Shown: positions 52,969-64,000, counted from the stretch's first letter. The stretch: 64,000 nucleotides of DNA from Raja brachyura (GCA_963514005.1 OY740797.1:25048001-25112000); one strand, 5' to 3'. Program-made: numbers and translations. The notes: generated by a model not told the origin, from the letters alone.

Positions 52969-53223
52969 GGGCGGCATAGTGCCGGTACGGGTATAGTTGC
53001 TGTCTCACATCGCCAGATATCCCAGTTCGACTACCTCCCATTTCCCAAAGTCTCGGGGGTCTGCACATTTATTGGCCTCTGTAAAAAAAAGAGCCTCGTA
53101 TGTAGGGAGTGCTTGCGTTTTGGGATTGCATAGAACGAGTGTGAACTGCTGAACGATGGTCGGCGTGGACTCGGTGGGCCAAATGGGCCTGTTTCCACCC
53201 TCCATCTGTAAAATTAAAACTAA
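52969..53223 (+). mobile_element. Degenerate HE1-type SINE
   Basis: gggcggcata..agttcga..ggtcggcgtggactcggtgggcc..taaaac. Confidence 0.6.
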
Positions 53224-53486
53224 ATATGTGTGTAGACATTATTCCAGTGGCCTTTCCAGGGTCAATCAATTTCAGTCTTCAGCGGTTACTCCCATAACAC
53301 CAGGACTGTAAATGTTACCAGGAGAATGCACACTATTCAGTTCCAAATGAAAATTCACGGAGTGGGAACCAACATTTGCCTTAAACAGCAGACCTTGGAG
53401 AAAGCGGCAGATCTTTGAAGAATATTTGTTGTCTGCTGAGAGGAAGTAACGGGGGAGCCGAGGGAGAATAAAGTGAACACCACCAA

Positions 53487-53742
53487 GACAATAGACAATA
53501 GACAATAGGTGCAGGAATAGACCATTCGGCCCTTCGAGCCAGCACCGCCATTCAATGTGATCATGGCTGATCATCCCCAATCAGTACCCCGTTCCTGCCT
53601 TCTCCCCATATCACCTGACTCCGCTATTTTTAAGAGCACTATCTAGCTCTCTCTTGAAAGCATCCAGAGAACCTGCCTCCACCGCCCTCTGAGGCAGAGA
53701 ATTCCACAGACTCACCACTCTCTGTGAGAAAAAGTGTTTCCT
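53487..53742 (-). mobile_element. CR1 3' end
   Basis: RKHFFSQRVVSLWNSLPQRAVEAG with (agacaat)n tail. Confidence 0.9.
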
Positions 53743-53904
53743 AAGACAAAAAAAAATCCTCAGCAGTGCTCTATCGAGAGCCTTTGCCGCCGAAACAACT
53801 GCCGGGGCACCTTGCTTTAGCGATTCCAAGGCAGAGGAGTCGATAACTGAATTCCCTCCATTCTGAATCAATAATGTGCAGAGATGTAAGAAAGCAGAAA
53901 ATAA

Positions 53905-56297
53905 TAGAAAAAACATAGAAAAATAGGTGCAGGAGTAGGCCATTCGGCCCTTCGAGCCTGCACCGCCATTCAATGTGATCATGGCTGATCATCCAACTGT
54001 ATCCCGTACCTGCCTTCTCTCCATACCCCCTGATCCCTTTAGCCACAAGTGCCACATCTAACGCCCTCTTAAATATAGCCAATGAACTGGCCTCAACTAT
54101 ACTCTGTGACAGAGAATTCCAGAGACTCACCACTCTCTGTGTAAAGAATGTTTTCCTCATCTCGGTCCTAAAAGAATTCCCCCTTATCCTTAGACTGTGA
54201 CCCCTTGTTCTGGACTCCCCCAACATCGGGAACAATCTTCCAGCATTTAGCTTGTCCAACCCCTTAAGAATTTTGTACGTTTCTATAAGATCCCCCCTCG
54301 ATTCCAGCGAGTACAAACCGAGTCTGTCAAATCTTTCCTCATATGAAAATCCTGACATCCCAGGAATCAGTCTGGTGAATCTTCTCTGTACCCCCTCTAT
54401 GGCAAGGATGTCTTTCCTCAGATTTGGAGACCAAAACTGTATGCAATACTCCAGGTGTGGCCTCACCAAAACCCTGTACAACTGCAGTAGAACCTCCCTG
54501 CTCCTATACTCAAATCCTTTCGCTATGAATGCTAACATACCATTTGCTTTCTTCACTGCCTGCTGCACCTGCATGCCTACTTTCAATGACTGGTGTACCA
54601 TGACACCCAAGTCTCGTTGCATCTCCCCTTTTCCTAATCTGCCACCATTCAGATAATAGTCTACCCTCATGTTTTTGCCACCAAAGTGGATAACCTCACA
54701 TTTATCCACATTATACTGCATCTGCCATCCATCTGCCCATTCACTCAGCCTATCCAAATCACCCTGCAGCCTCCAAGCATCCTCCTCACACCTAACTATA
54801 CCCCCCAGCTTGGTGTCATCTGCAAATTTGGAGATCTTGCATTGAATTCCCTCGTCCAAATCATTAATATATATTTTAATAGCTGGGGTCCCAGCACTGA
54901 GCCTTGCGGTACCCCACTAGTCACTGCCTGCCATTCTGAAAAGGACCCGTTTACTTCTACCCTTTGCCTCCTGTCTGCTAGCCAGTTCTCTAACCACATC
55001 AATGCTGAACCCCCAATACCGTGTGCTTTAAGTTTGTATACTAATCTCTTATGCGGGACCTTGTCGAAAGCCTTCTGAAAGTCTAGATATAACACATCCA
55101 GTGGTTCTCCCTTATCCACTCTACTAGTTACATCCTCGAAAAATTATATCAGATTTGTCAGACATGATTTACCTTTCGTAAATCCATGCTGACTTTGTCC
55201 AATGATTTCACCACTTTCCAAATGCGCTGCTATCCCATCTTTAATAACTGACTCTAGCAGTTTCCCCACTACCGATGTTAGACTAACTGGTCTGTAATTC
55301 CCCGCTATCTCTCTCCCTCCTTTTTTAAAAAGTGGGATTACATTAGCTACTCTCCAATCCTCAGGAACTACTCCAGAATCTAAGGAATTTTGAAAAATTA
55401 TCACTAATGCATCCACTATTTCTGTGGCTACCTCCTTGAGTGCTCTGGGATGCAGACTATCTGGCCCTGGAGATTTATCGGCCTTCAATCCGTTCAATTT
55501 ACCCAACACCACCTCCCGGCTAACCTGGATTTCACTCAGTTCCTCCATCTTATTTGACCCCCGTTCCACTGCTATTTCCGGCAGATTATTTATGTCTTCC
55601 TTAGTGAAGACAGAACCAAAGTAGTTATTCAATTGGTCTACCATGTCCTTGTTCCCCATGATCAATTCACCTGTTTCTGACTGCAAGGGACCAACACTTG
55701 TTTTAACTAGTCTCTTTCTCTTCACATATCTATAACAACTTTTGCAGTCAGTTTTTATGTTCCCTGCCAGTTTCCTTTCATAATCTATTTTCCCTTTCCT
55801 AATTAAGCCCTTTGTCCTCCTCTGCTGGATTCTGAATTTCTCCCAGTCCTCCGGTAGGCTGCTTTTTCTGGCAAATTTGTATGCCTCATCTTTTGTTTTT
55901 ATACTTTCCCTGATTTCCCTTGTTATCCATGGATGCACCACCTTCACCGATTTATTCTTTTGCCAAACTGGTATGAACAATTGTTGTACTTCATTCATGC
56001 AGTCTTTAAATACCTTCCATTGCACATCCACTGTCAACCCTTTAAGAATCACCTGCCAGTCTATCTTGACCAATTCACATCTCATACCTTCAAAGTTACC
56101 TTTGGTCAAGTTCAGAACCTTTGTTTCTGAATTAATTTTGGCACTCTCCATCCTAATGAAGAACTCAACCATATTATAGTCACTCTTGCCCAAGGGGCCA
56201 CGCACAACAAGACTGCTAACTAACCCTTCCTCATTACTCAATACCCAGTCTAGAATAGCCTGCTCTCTCGTTGGTTCCTCCACATGTTGGTTGAGAA
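53905..56297 (-). mobile_element. Relatively young CR1 LINE, 5'-truncated ORF2 with few frameshifts
   Basis: ORFs of 379, 107 and 362 aa covering the end of the endonuclease, the linker and the whole RT; 3' tail present. Confidence 0.97.
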
Positions 56298-56473
56298 AAT
56301 AATGATCCAGAGCGAGTAAGTTTAGAAATTTCGCCTCGAAGAATGGGCGACAGGAAGTTTTAAATGCCCTCTCGAACTACGAACTGGACATCTGCCTGAT
56401 CCTTCAAAATGAAGAGCAAGAGAAAAATACTGAAGGACGAAAGTAGTTTCGGCCAACTTAATCCACACGAAAT

Positions 56474-56690
56474 GTGTAGGAAGGAACTACAGAACCTGGA
56501 TTAAACCGAAGATACACATACAATGCTGGAGTAACTAAGCGGGATGGGTAGCATGTCTGGAGAAAAGGAATGGGTGGTGTTTCGGGTCGAGTCTGAAGAA
56601 GAGACTCGACCCGAAATGCCACCCATTCCTTCTCTCCAGAAATGCCACCTATCGCACTAAGTTACTCCAGCATTTTATGGCTATCTTCAC
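56474..56690. mobile_element. Palindromic Penelope-derived element
   Basis: tttcgggtcgagtct-gaagaag-agactcgacccgaaa at the centre; the arms extend ~90 bp each side with mismatches. Confidence 0.7.
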
Positions 56691-56814
56691 CTTGAAGAAT
56701 GTCGTTTCTTATTTTCCCCTCTTCGCTTGTGCCGTCTACCACAAGACCCGTCCTCCGTCACCTTTGCTACGCCTCCCCTTATATACCTTCAGCGTAAAAC
56801 ATTCAGAGAGTGTC

Positions 56815-56960
56815 CTGCTGGTGAGTCATCGACAAGCATCACACCCTTCGCGCCCAATCAGGAGGTTGGTTTATATTCAACTGACATTTCCTGCTAAGAT
56901 AAGTCACTTGGGCACAAATCCATTTTCCTCTGCAACTCACTTCCTTCAGTGGTTTAACTG
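56815..56960 (+). promoter_or_regulatory. Candidate gene 3 promoter motif cluster
   Basis: AP-1 TGAGTCA 56822-56828, CCAAT 56854-56858, Ets-type ATTTCCTG 56886-56893, GATA AGATAA 56897-56902 and PU.1/Ets-type CACTTCCT 56938-56945, all 140-260 bp upstream of the ATG. Confidence 0.4.
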
Positions 56961-57082
56961 CTGCAAGTTGGGCGCGCAACACGAGAGCACGTCGTATCAC
57001 GAACAAGACCTGACCTTTAGGAAACTGCGATTTCCAACGAAACAACGCCACAGTTCCTGGATAGACCAGATTCTGTTCTACA

Positions 57083-57128
57083 ATGTTAATCTATTTGTAC
57101 CTTTGCGCGCTGTGGGTTTTTTATGAAG
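57083..57128 (+). CDS. Gene 3 leader exon
   Basis: MLIYLYLCALWVFYE then G|gtattc (phase 1), followed by a 121-bp intron. Same layout as gene 2. Confidence 0.78.
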
Positions 57129-57249
57129 GTATTCTTCCTAATACTTCAGCGTCGCGCTGTCCTGTAGATCATCCATGTATCTACATACGATTGAATTATT
57201 TATTGTGTCTAAATTATATTTCATCGCAACATTTGTTTCTGTTTGACAG

Positions 57250-57561
57250 TGGCTCCAGCGACAATATCCCAGATCCCTAAAGCTAGCACGGTGATGATGG
57301 GAACAGATGTCACCTTCGAATGCGTTACCAGCGAGATTCCGAACAAAGCAAGTCTGACTGTAAATTGGTGGAAACTTGGTGATGAAAGACTATTACAACC
57401 AAGTTCACATGGCAGAAAACGGGTTATTCAGTTGGAAAACGATAGGAATTTGCTCAAAATCCTTGATGTCCGTGTCGCCGACTCTGGGATATACTACTGT
57501 AGTGTAGGTCAGCAACAAAATGAGATTGTGAGCGGAACCGGATCCAGGCTTCAGGTGCATG
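57250..57561 (+). CDS. Gene 3 V-set domain exon with fused J-like segment
   Basis: ttgacag| ... G|gtgaga. ISQIPKASTVMMGTDVTFEC...VNWWKL...LKILDVRVADSGIYYCSVGQQQNEIVSGTGSRLQVH. Confidence 0.92.
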
Positions 57562-58580
57562 GTGAGAGGACTGCAGTGCGGTTCATAAGTCAAAGGAGCA
57601 GAATTAGTTCATTCCGCCCATCGAATCTACTCCGATTCGGGGTCCCTGTTGAGCAAGGGCTACTCCATAAAAGTTCAATGGGCCAGGTCAACCTATCTTT
57701 AAATAATGTCAATAATAATGTCAACGGTAGTCTCTTTGTACTACTTACAACATTTGAATAAGGGAAATGTTGCTATTTCTACAACTATGTTTGTAACGTC
57801 TGTCTGCCGTTGGTTGCTTAGATTATTCAGTTAGTGAACGGCAGATGATTAGAACGCCTTTATATATATTTGTTGGTATATATATAATTGTACGATTCAC
57901 GTAGCACAATAGGAATCTGAAGGCCAATGCGTGGTGCTCGGTAGCAATGTGCGTTGTGATAATCTGGCAAATAAAGTATCCCAGAAATATATGGGAAGAT
58001 TGCTTGTATTCCTCAAGGGCAAAGGTGAAAGGGTAATGGCTCAACGAAGCAAAACCCTGGGAGGATATATCCGCATGTAAACAGTCTTGGCCATCACACC
58101 AGTGCCAGAATATATAGGACTTAGAGGAAATGATAGGCACATTTGTCGGAAAGACATCTGGATTCCGAAGCTTATATCGAGGAGATATCGCTGAAACTTT
58201 GAATTTAGAAGATAGGAGCATAACTAAGCGAGAATGATTTAATGTTACATCGAATTACTGGAGTGCGTAGAGTAGGACTAACTACCAGCGAACAGAAAAG
58301 CGGAATGAGTTGCTGTTGAAGTGCTATTCTCTGTGTAGACTTAATCAGGCTAATAACCCGGTCGAATTGGTTTGATTTGAACAATGTAACATTAAAATTA
58401 TCCAAATTATAGGCGAATTGTAGATTGTTGATTTAAAAAATTGTTGCTTACAAATAACCGTTGGATTTGCTGGGGAGCCCGTTAGTAGTCATCTGTCCAA
58501 TCTAATTGGAAGGACTAGATTCTAAACTGAACTGAAATGGTAATTCAGATAATCATTGTATTCTTTCTCGCATCCCACAG

Positions 58581-58886
58581 CTTCTCCAGAACCTGTCAGC
58601 CTTTCCCCCAAAGCGCCGAAAAACTCGTCCAATCTCGTCCTTGTGTGCAGGACAGGAGAGTTTTACCCGGAGTCTCTCATCTTCACTTGGTATAAAAATG
58701 ACACCAACATTAAGACTGGTATCAGCACAAGTAAAATCCTGAACACAAACGGAACTTATGCAGCATCCAGCAGCTTGGAAACATTGCAGCCGTCCGGGAG
58801 TGGCGCTTTGTATACCTGTCTGGTAACCCACCTCACACTTCAGAGTCCAGCTATGGCTATTTACGTTGATGCCAGTCTTAATCCGG
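58581..58886 (+). CDS. Gene 3 Ig C1-set exon
   Basis: cccacag| ... G|gtaaga. LVCRTGEFYPESLIFTWYKND...NGTYAASSSL...YTCLVTHLTL. Same 306-nt length as the gene 1 C1 exon. Confidence 0.9.
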
Positions 58887-59139
58887 GTAAGATGCTGGCG
58901 ATGTTTCATGTGCTGACAATAGAGGCCGCAATAAACAGCTTCATATTATTTTCATTCCCATTGCTATGGGCATGTCAATTTTGTAGAATATCCACCAAAG
59001 ATAGTCGTTCTGCGCCTGTTTCCAAAAATGATAAATGCCAATAAAAGCAATGACAAATGTGAATTGCGTAAAAATGTCATCATCAATTCCATGATGCCGC
59101 ACACTGTGTTGCTGGTAGAGCTTCTGCCTCCCAGTTACA

Positions 59140-59520
59140 ATCTGAAGAAGGGTCTCGACCCGAAGCGTCACCCATTACTTCTCTCCAGAAATGTTGCCTG
59201 CCCCGCGGAGTTACTCCAGCATGTTTGTGCCTACCTCCCAGCTACAGTAGCCCGGGTTGAGTCAGTCTGCATGACCAAATTAATCCACTTTGTGGAATTT
59301 GCGTTTTTCCTATAAATGCACGGGTTTGTTCCTAGAACTCCCGTGCCCTCCGTGCCCCAAAGATGTGCCCATTGGACGGTTAATTTCTCTGCAGATGTCT
59401 CCTGGTCTATAGGTTTGTATTGTAACCGGAAACAGGGGTAGTTAACGATAACATGGAGAGTGTAAACTGGGTTTGGTGGGAATGGGTGCATGGTGATGGC
59501 TCCGGACAAGATGAGCAGCA
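59140..59520 (+). mobile_element. Penelope-type terminal fragment nested in a degenerate SINE
   Basis: ctgaagaagggtctcgacccgaagcgtc at 59142-59169, with SINE-like flanks. Confidence 0.55.
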
Positions 59521-59978
59521 GGGTCAACGTCTGAACTGGTTGGCCTGAAAAAGAGAGAGGCAAATACATATAAACCAATTTCTTCCCTCAGTGAACTGAC
59601 TACGAATTTTGGTCAGGTCTTAAATCCTTTGTTACTTATTGAGAGATATGGTCAGAATGTTGTTTATATATTTTGTAAATCAAAACTTCATTACCGTTGA
59701 CTCAAAGAAATTATAAAGATAATTGCTTGTTCCCATAATGAGCTCGAGTTGTATAGTCGTTCCAGCGAAATAAATATGAATAAAGTGAAACAATATTCAT
59801 AAATGTAATATTTTAATTGGCGAAGGATAACAGTCTGCGTCCGTGAGTTTGTTGTGCATACGCGGAAAGTGCACAGCACACCACAAAAAATAGGCTTATA
59901 AAATTTGCTGCATAAGCTGCGTACAACATAAATGATAATTATTCCAAAGATGATTAATGCTAATGATTATACTCGTAG

Positions 59979-60092
59979 CCAAAGAAAAAACACATCTGTT
60001 CCTCTTGGTTTGTGGATGTGCATTGAGCGTATGCGTTTGCCTTGCCGTCACAGTTCTCAGTCGGAGAAAATGTCAATTCCGTAAACAGGAAG
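59979..60092 (+). CDS. Gene 3 transmembrane exon
   Basis: ctcgtag| ... G|gtaagg. AKEKTHLFLLVCGCALSVCVCLAVTVLSRRKCQFRKQE. Confidence 0.82.
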
Positions 60093-60151
60093 GTAAGGAA
60101 GATTCAGTGAAATTTCCTTCGGGTTCATTTAAAGAATAGAGGGAAACAGCG

Positions 60152-60427
60152 AGCGGCACGGTGGCACAGCTTTAGAGTTGCTGCTGTACAGTGCCAGAGA
60201 CCCGGGTGCGATCTTGACTACGGGTTTGTCTGTAAGGAGTTTGTACATTCTCCTCGTGACGTGCGTGCCTTTACTCCGGGAGCTCCGGTTTCCTCCCACA
60301 CTCCAAAGGCGTACAGGTTTGTAGGCTAATCGGCTTGGTATAATTGTAAAATGTCCCTGGTGTGTGTGGGATAGTGTTAGTGTGCGGGCATTTGTTTCTG
60401 CACTGTATTTCTAATTTAAACTAAACT
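60152..60427 (+). mobile_element. HE1-type SINE
   Basis: gcggcacggtggcacagc..cccgggtgcgatc..ctccggtttcctcccacactccaaagg..taaac. Confidence 0.88.
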
Positions 60428-60779
60428 GTTAGTGAAAAACGAAAGCCAACGTTATATCTGTCATAATTACTCAATTAACCGATTAGTGGATATCCACGTA
60501 TAGAGTGTTTAATATTGTTTTGTTGATTACAGTTGTTAAACTAAGTCGGGTAAAATACAAATCTTACAGATGTCATGTTTATTTTATTTTAAACCCACGA
60601 CTCCCAAGGGGTTACGGCAGTAGATATTTCGCAGTATATGTTCCCAGTCGTATTATGGCGATGATGTAATTTGAGAACGCTCTTCAAATACCTTCCCTCC
60701 ATGGATTTTACGTCACAATTGCTTCCGAGGACAGTTCGCTGCAACTGTTGTACTCTTCCTACTGAGCCCTTGCACATTG

Positions 60780-61440
60780 GATTGAAAGATTGGATTGGAT
60801 ACATATAAATGACCTGGATATAAATACAGATGGGTTGTTGAGTAGGTTTATTGACGACACCAACATTGAAGGAAATGCTGTCAGTGAGGAAATGCTGACA
60901 GTCAGATGATATAGCGGGATACGGGCAGTTGCAAAAATGGGCGAAGAAATTACAGATGGGGATTAACCAGTGCAAAATTAAAATGTTGTACTTCGGGGGT
61001 TGAATGTAACAGGGAAGGATACAGTTTATGGCAAGACACTTAACATTGATGTGCAGAGGTATCTTAGAGTCCAGCTTCATTGCTCACTGAACGTAGCAAC
61101 ACAAGTAGATAGGGTGGTAAAGAAGGCGAATAGTATGCTTACCTTCAGTATTAGCGGTGTTTAATATAAGAGTCAATACGTCATTATGAAGCTCCATGGG
61201 ACTTTGGTGATGCCGTGTTTTAGTATCTCATGTTGATGGGAAATGTTCGTAGTTACGAGTTCAAATATGGGCCCGTGTTTCGATTTCTACTATAATTGCA
61301 TGTCTTCTTCTAAACTTCAGGTAGCACTCAACTGCTTAAAAAGCTAAATTATTTCTGGGGGTGGGCGTTTAGTGGAGATGTGCGGGCAAGGTTTTTACGC
61401 AGAGAGTAGTGGGGGCCTGGGACACATTGGCAAATGTCCT
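60780..61440 (+). mobile_element. Old CR1 RT fragment
   Basis: FIDDTNI (FADDTKI-like), KC..LYFG, RYLRV, VVKKA. Confidence 0.6.
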
Positions 61441-62254
61441 GGCAACATCTTCGTAAATATCTCTGCACCCTTTCCAACGGCAATAATCCTTTAAATACTT
61501 TAAATACTTTAAATGCAATATTAATTAAATACCATATGAAGGAAATGTATGCCCATGCGAAAAGATGGACTGCCTCAAAAATCTATACAATTCTTTAGAA
61601 AGTCATCAGGAGCTTACGAACAAGACGTGATTCTGCGATTCTTTCCGCCCAATACTTGTCACGGTTATTCCAAATCTAATGTCAACAGGCTAACGCCAAA
61701 TTGGTGCAACATTACCCTGATCACGTCTTAACGCCTTTGAATACAACAAAAACAGGACAAGCATTTCCCTTCGAACATTCTTCAATATAATATTTCGTAA
61801 CGATTTTAGTATCCATTTGAGCGATTGAAATATGTGAAACAAACACGGAGACAAATGCGGTTTTCTCCAGAACGGCGAGTGGAATATTCCTTCTTCCTAG
61901 TGTTTTGCGAACCATTTGGGCGACTGTACACGGTTGTGAGCTAACTACAAAATCCATTGATTTTATAGATCATGAAGGAGGTGATTGAATATACGCCACA
62001 CCATGGCAAATGCGCAGGTTTATCAAAAGATAAGAACGAAAGGGCTGTGAATAATCTCTAGATATCCACTTGGAACAATGAACAATGAACGATGAATTCC
62101 AAATAATGTAGCAGGACAAACAAATAATTGGATGAGCTGGAGACTACATTAACCTGAACCAGACGAACTGCCATCTGTTAATAAAAACGTCAATGTGGCA
62201 ATTCTGACAACTTCAAATTAGAGCGGATTATTATTTATTGCTCATTGCACACGC

Positions 62255-62441
62255 TCGTGTGTGTGTGGCTCTGTGTGTGTGTGCTAGCTTGTGTGTGCGT
62301 GTGTGTTTCAGTGTATGTACGTGTGTGTGTGTTTGTGTGCGTCTATGTGTGTGTTTGTGCGTGTGCGTGTGAGTGCGTGCGTATGTGCGTGCTTGTGTGC
62401 CTGCGTGTGTGCGTGCGCGTATGTATACGTGCGTGTGTATA

Positions 62442-62483
<42 letters not shown>

Positions 62484-62610
62484 AGCCTGTCTGTGTGTAT
62501 GTGCGTGTGCGTGTCTGTGCGTGTGTGGGTGTATGTGCGCGCGTGTGTTTGTGTGTGTGCGTGTGTGTGTGTGCGTGTGCGTGTGCGCGTGCGTGTGCGT
62601 ATCTGTGAGC
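62255..62610 (+). repeat. (GT)n/(GC)-mixed microsatellite
   Basis: Direct inspection. Confidence 0.95.
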
Positions 62611-62894
62611 GCACGTCTGTTTAGGTGGTTTGGGTTTTCATGAGCATGGGTTTGTTAGAGTTTTATGCCAGTTTTTCTCTCTGGGTGTGAACGTGCTGAG
62701 CCTGCGCTTTTGCGCGTATTTGTTCAGTACTGCAAGTCTGGTCTGAAAGCTTGCAGCTAAATGTTATTTGACATATCATTAATTAATTATTATAATCTAG
62801 TTTAAAGGTCATCAATTTAATTAGTATTGTGGAATTATAAAACATTTCGGAACATGATGGTATACACTATTTTAAATACCAATTATTTGTTTAG

Positions 62895-62938
62895 ATTCCG
62901 AACGCATGAAAGGCAACGGACAAGAAGGAATACAGTGA
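62895..62938 (+). CDS. Gene 3 candidate cytoplasmic mini-exon ending in a stop
   Basis: ttgtttag| (D)SERMKGNGQEGIQ-TGA-TAA. Phase-1 start and size match mini-exon A of the paralogs. Confidence 0.5.
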
Positions 62939-63473
62939 TAAATTAACAAGCAATATTGAAGCTTCGCCTAAACCGTGATATTTCTGGAGTCTTCTTGTAA
63001 ACATGACGCAGAGCCATTGAAAAGCCTGAATAAAACGTTTAGCAGAATATTTCTGTAACTAAGAAGGCGAGAGTCATGTGTAGCTGAATTATCATGAGAA
63101 GAAGTGTTCCGGTATTGATTTGTTTTACCTGTTAGAGTACGCCACTGTGCAGATATGCCGAATCTGACTGCTGTTGGGACTTGCACAAGAAAGGAGTGCA
63201 CAAACATTTTTACCGGTAAATATTTTAGAAAGTGTGTTGCTGGCAGATGTTGAAATAAGAAATATTAGCTGAAGCAGAAATATGGGAATATTCGGTCCCT
63301 GCGAAGGAATATAATTCGAAATAATGACCTGTTGGGCAGATGAAACTTGACTGAGAGAATAATTTTGTCGTCCATGTGAAACACTGATGTAAAACATTAA
63401 ATGCCATGTTTCTCCCCGAAATGTTATTTGTACTGGACGTCTCGCCCATTCCTCTCTCAGATTTCAGTTACTC

Positions 63474-63530
63474 CCTGGAACACAGACGGCATCCTGGAAC
63501 ACAGACGGCATCCTGGAACACAGACGGCAT
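63474..63530 (+). repeat. 3 x 19-bp perfect tandem repeat
   Basis: cctggaacacagacggcat, three copies. Confidence 0.9.
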
Positions 63531-64000
63531 CCTAAGACACTGACAACTCCCTGGCGCACATCACCTCCTTCCATCTGAAACTCATTCAATTTAACTCGTC
63601 TGCAAAAGAAAATTCACAATTTCTCCTGTCTTCTCCGGTCATTTTACATTTAGGTTTGAGTTTATTATTGTCACAGGTACAATGAAAAACTTGGTCTTGC
63701 ATGCTATCAAAGCCTATCAGATTATCATACATAGATACAATCAGTTCAAACTCAAATACAATAGATACAGCAAAGGGGAAATAGACATAGTTTTCTCATT
63801 TCTAAGCATTGCAGCACATTAACTCCTTAGACAAAGTCCAATGTCCACAATGGGGTGTGTGGTGGTAGTGGTGAATCGTAGTGGTGTTCTTGTGCACCAC
63901 GTAGTGGTGAATCGAACGTAGCTTATGCAAAGAGCGTTCAGATGCCTGATAACGAAGGGGAAGACATTTTTCCTGAGTCAGGTGGTTTCTGCTTTGAAAC

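Noticed and set aside
62231-62643. Cys/Val- and His/Thr-rich ORFs (also 36144-36707)
   Set aside because: Dinucleotide microsatellite translations.

Overview
Eukaryotic, repeat-rich vertebrate DNA. The CR1/HER1-type LINEs, HE1-type tRNA SINEs and Penelope-like fragments point to a cartilaginous fish, probably a skate or ray (inference). The + strand carries a tandem cluster of three paralogous immunoglobulin-superfamily receptor genes with the layout leader / V (J-like G-x-G motif fused in the same exon) / C1 / TM / cytoplasmic exons, reconstructed here by hand from GT-AG sites and exon phases. Gene 1 (C1 exon to stop, 3452-11946) lacks its leader and V exons in this window and has an ITIM-bearing tail. 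Gene 2 (25506-39780) is complete, and its three cytoplasmic exons are tandemly duplicated (~3.1 kb), which could give several in-frame ITIM combinations. Gene 3 (57083-62938) appears to end in a short tyrosine-free tail. The proteins resemble SIRP/NKp30-type non-rearranging antigen-receptor-like molecules, but no gene symbol can be assigned. The rest is mostly transposon debris. It includes a near-perfect ~270-bp palindrome with a 17-bp TSD built from Penelope-type hammerhead-ribozyme-like cores, a probable degraded retroviral env, a CpG-rich element ending in a hairpin, microsatellites and one 214-N gap. Transposon boundaries are approximate.
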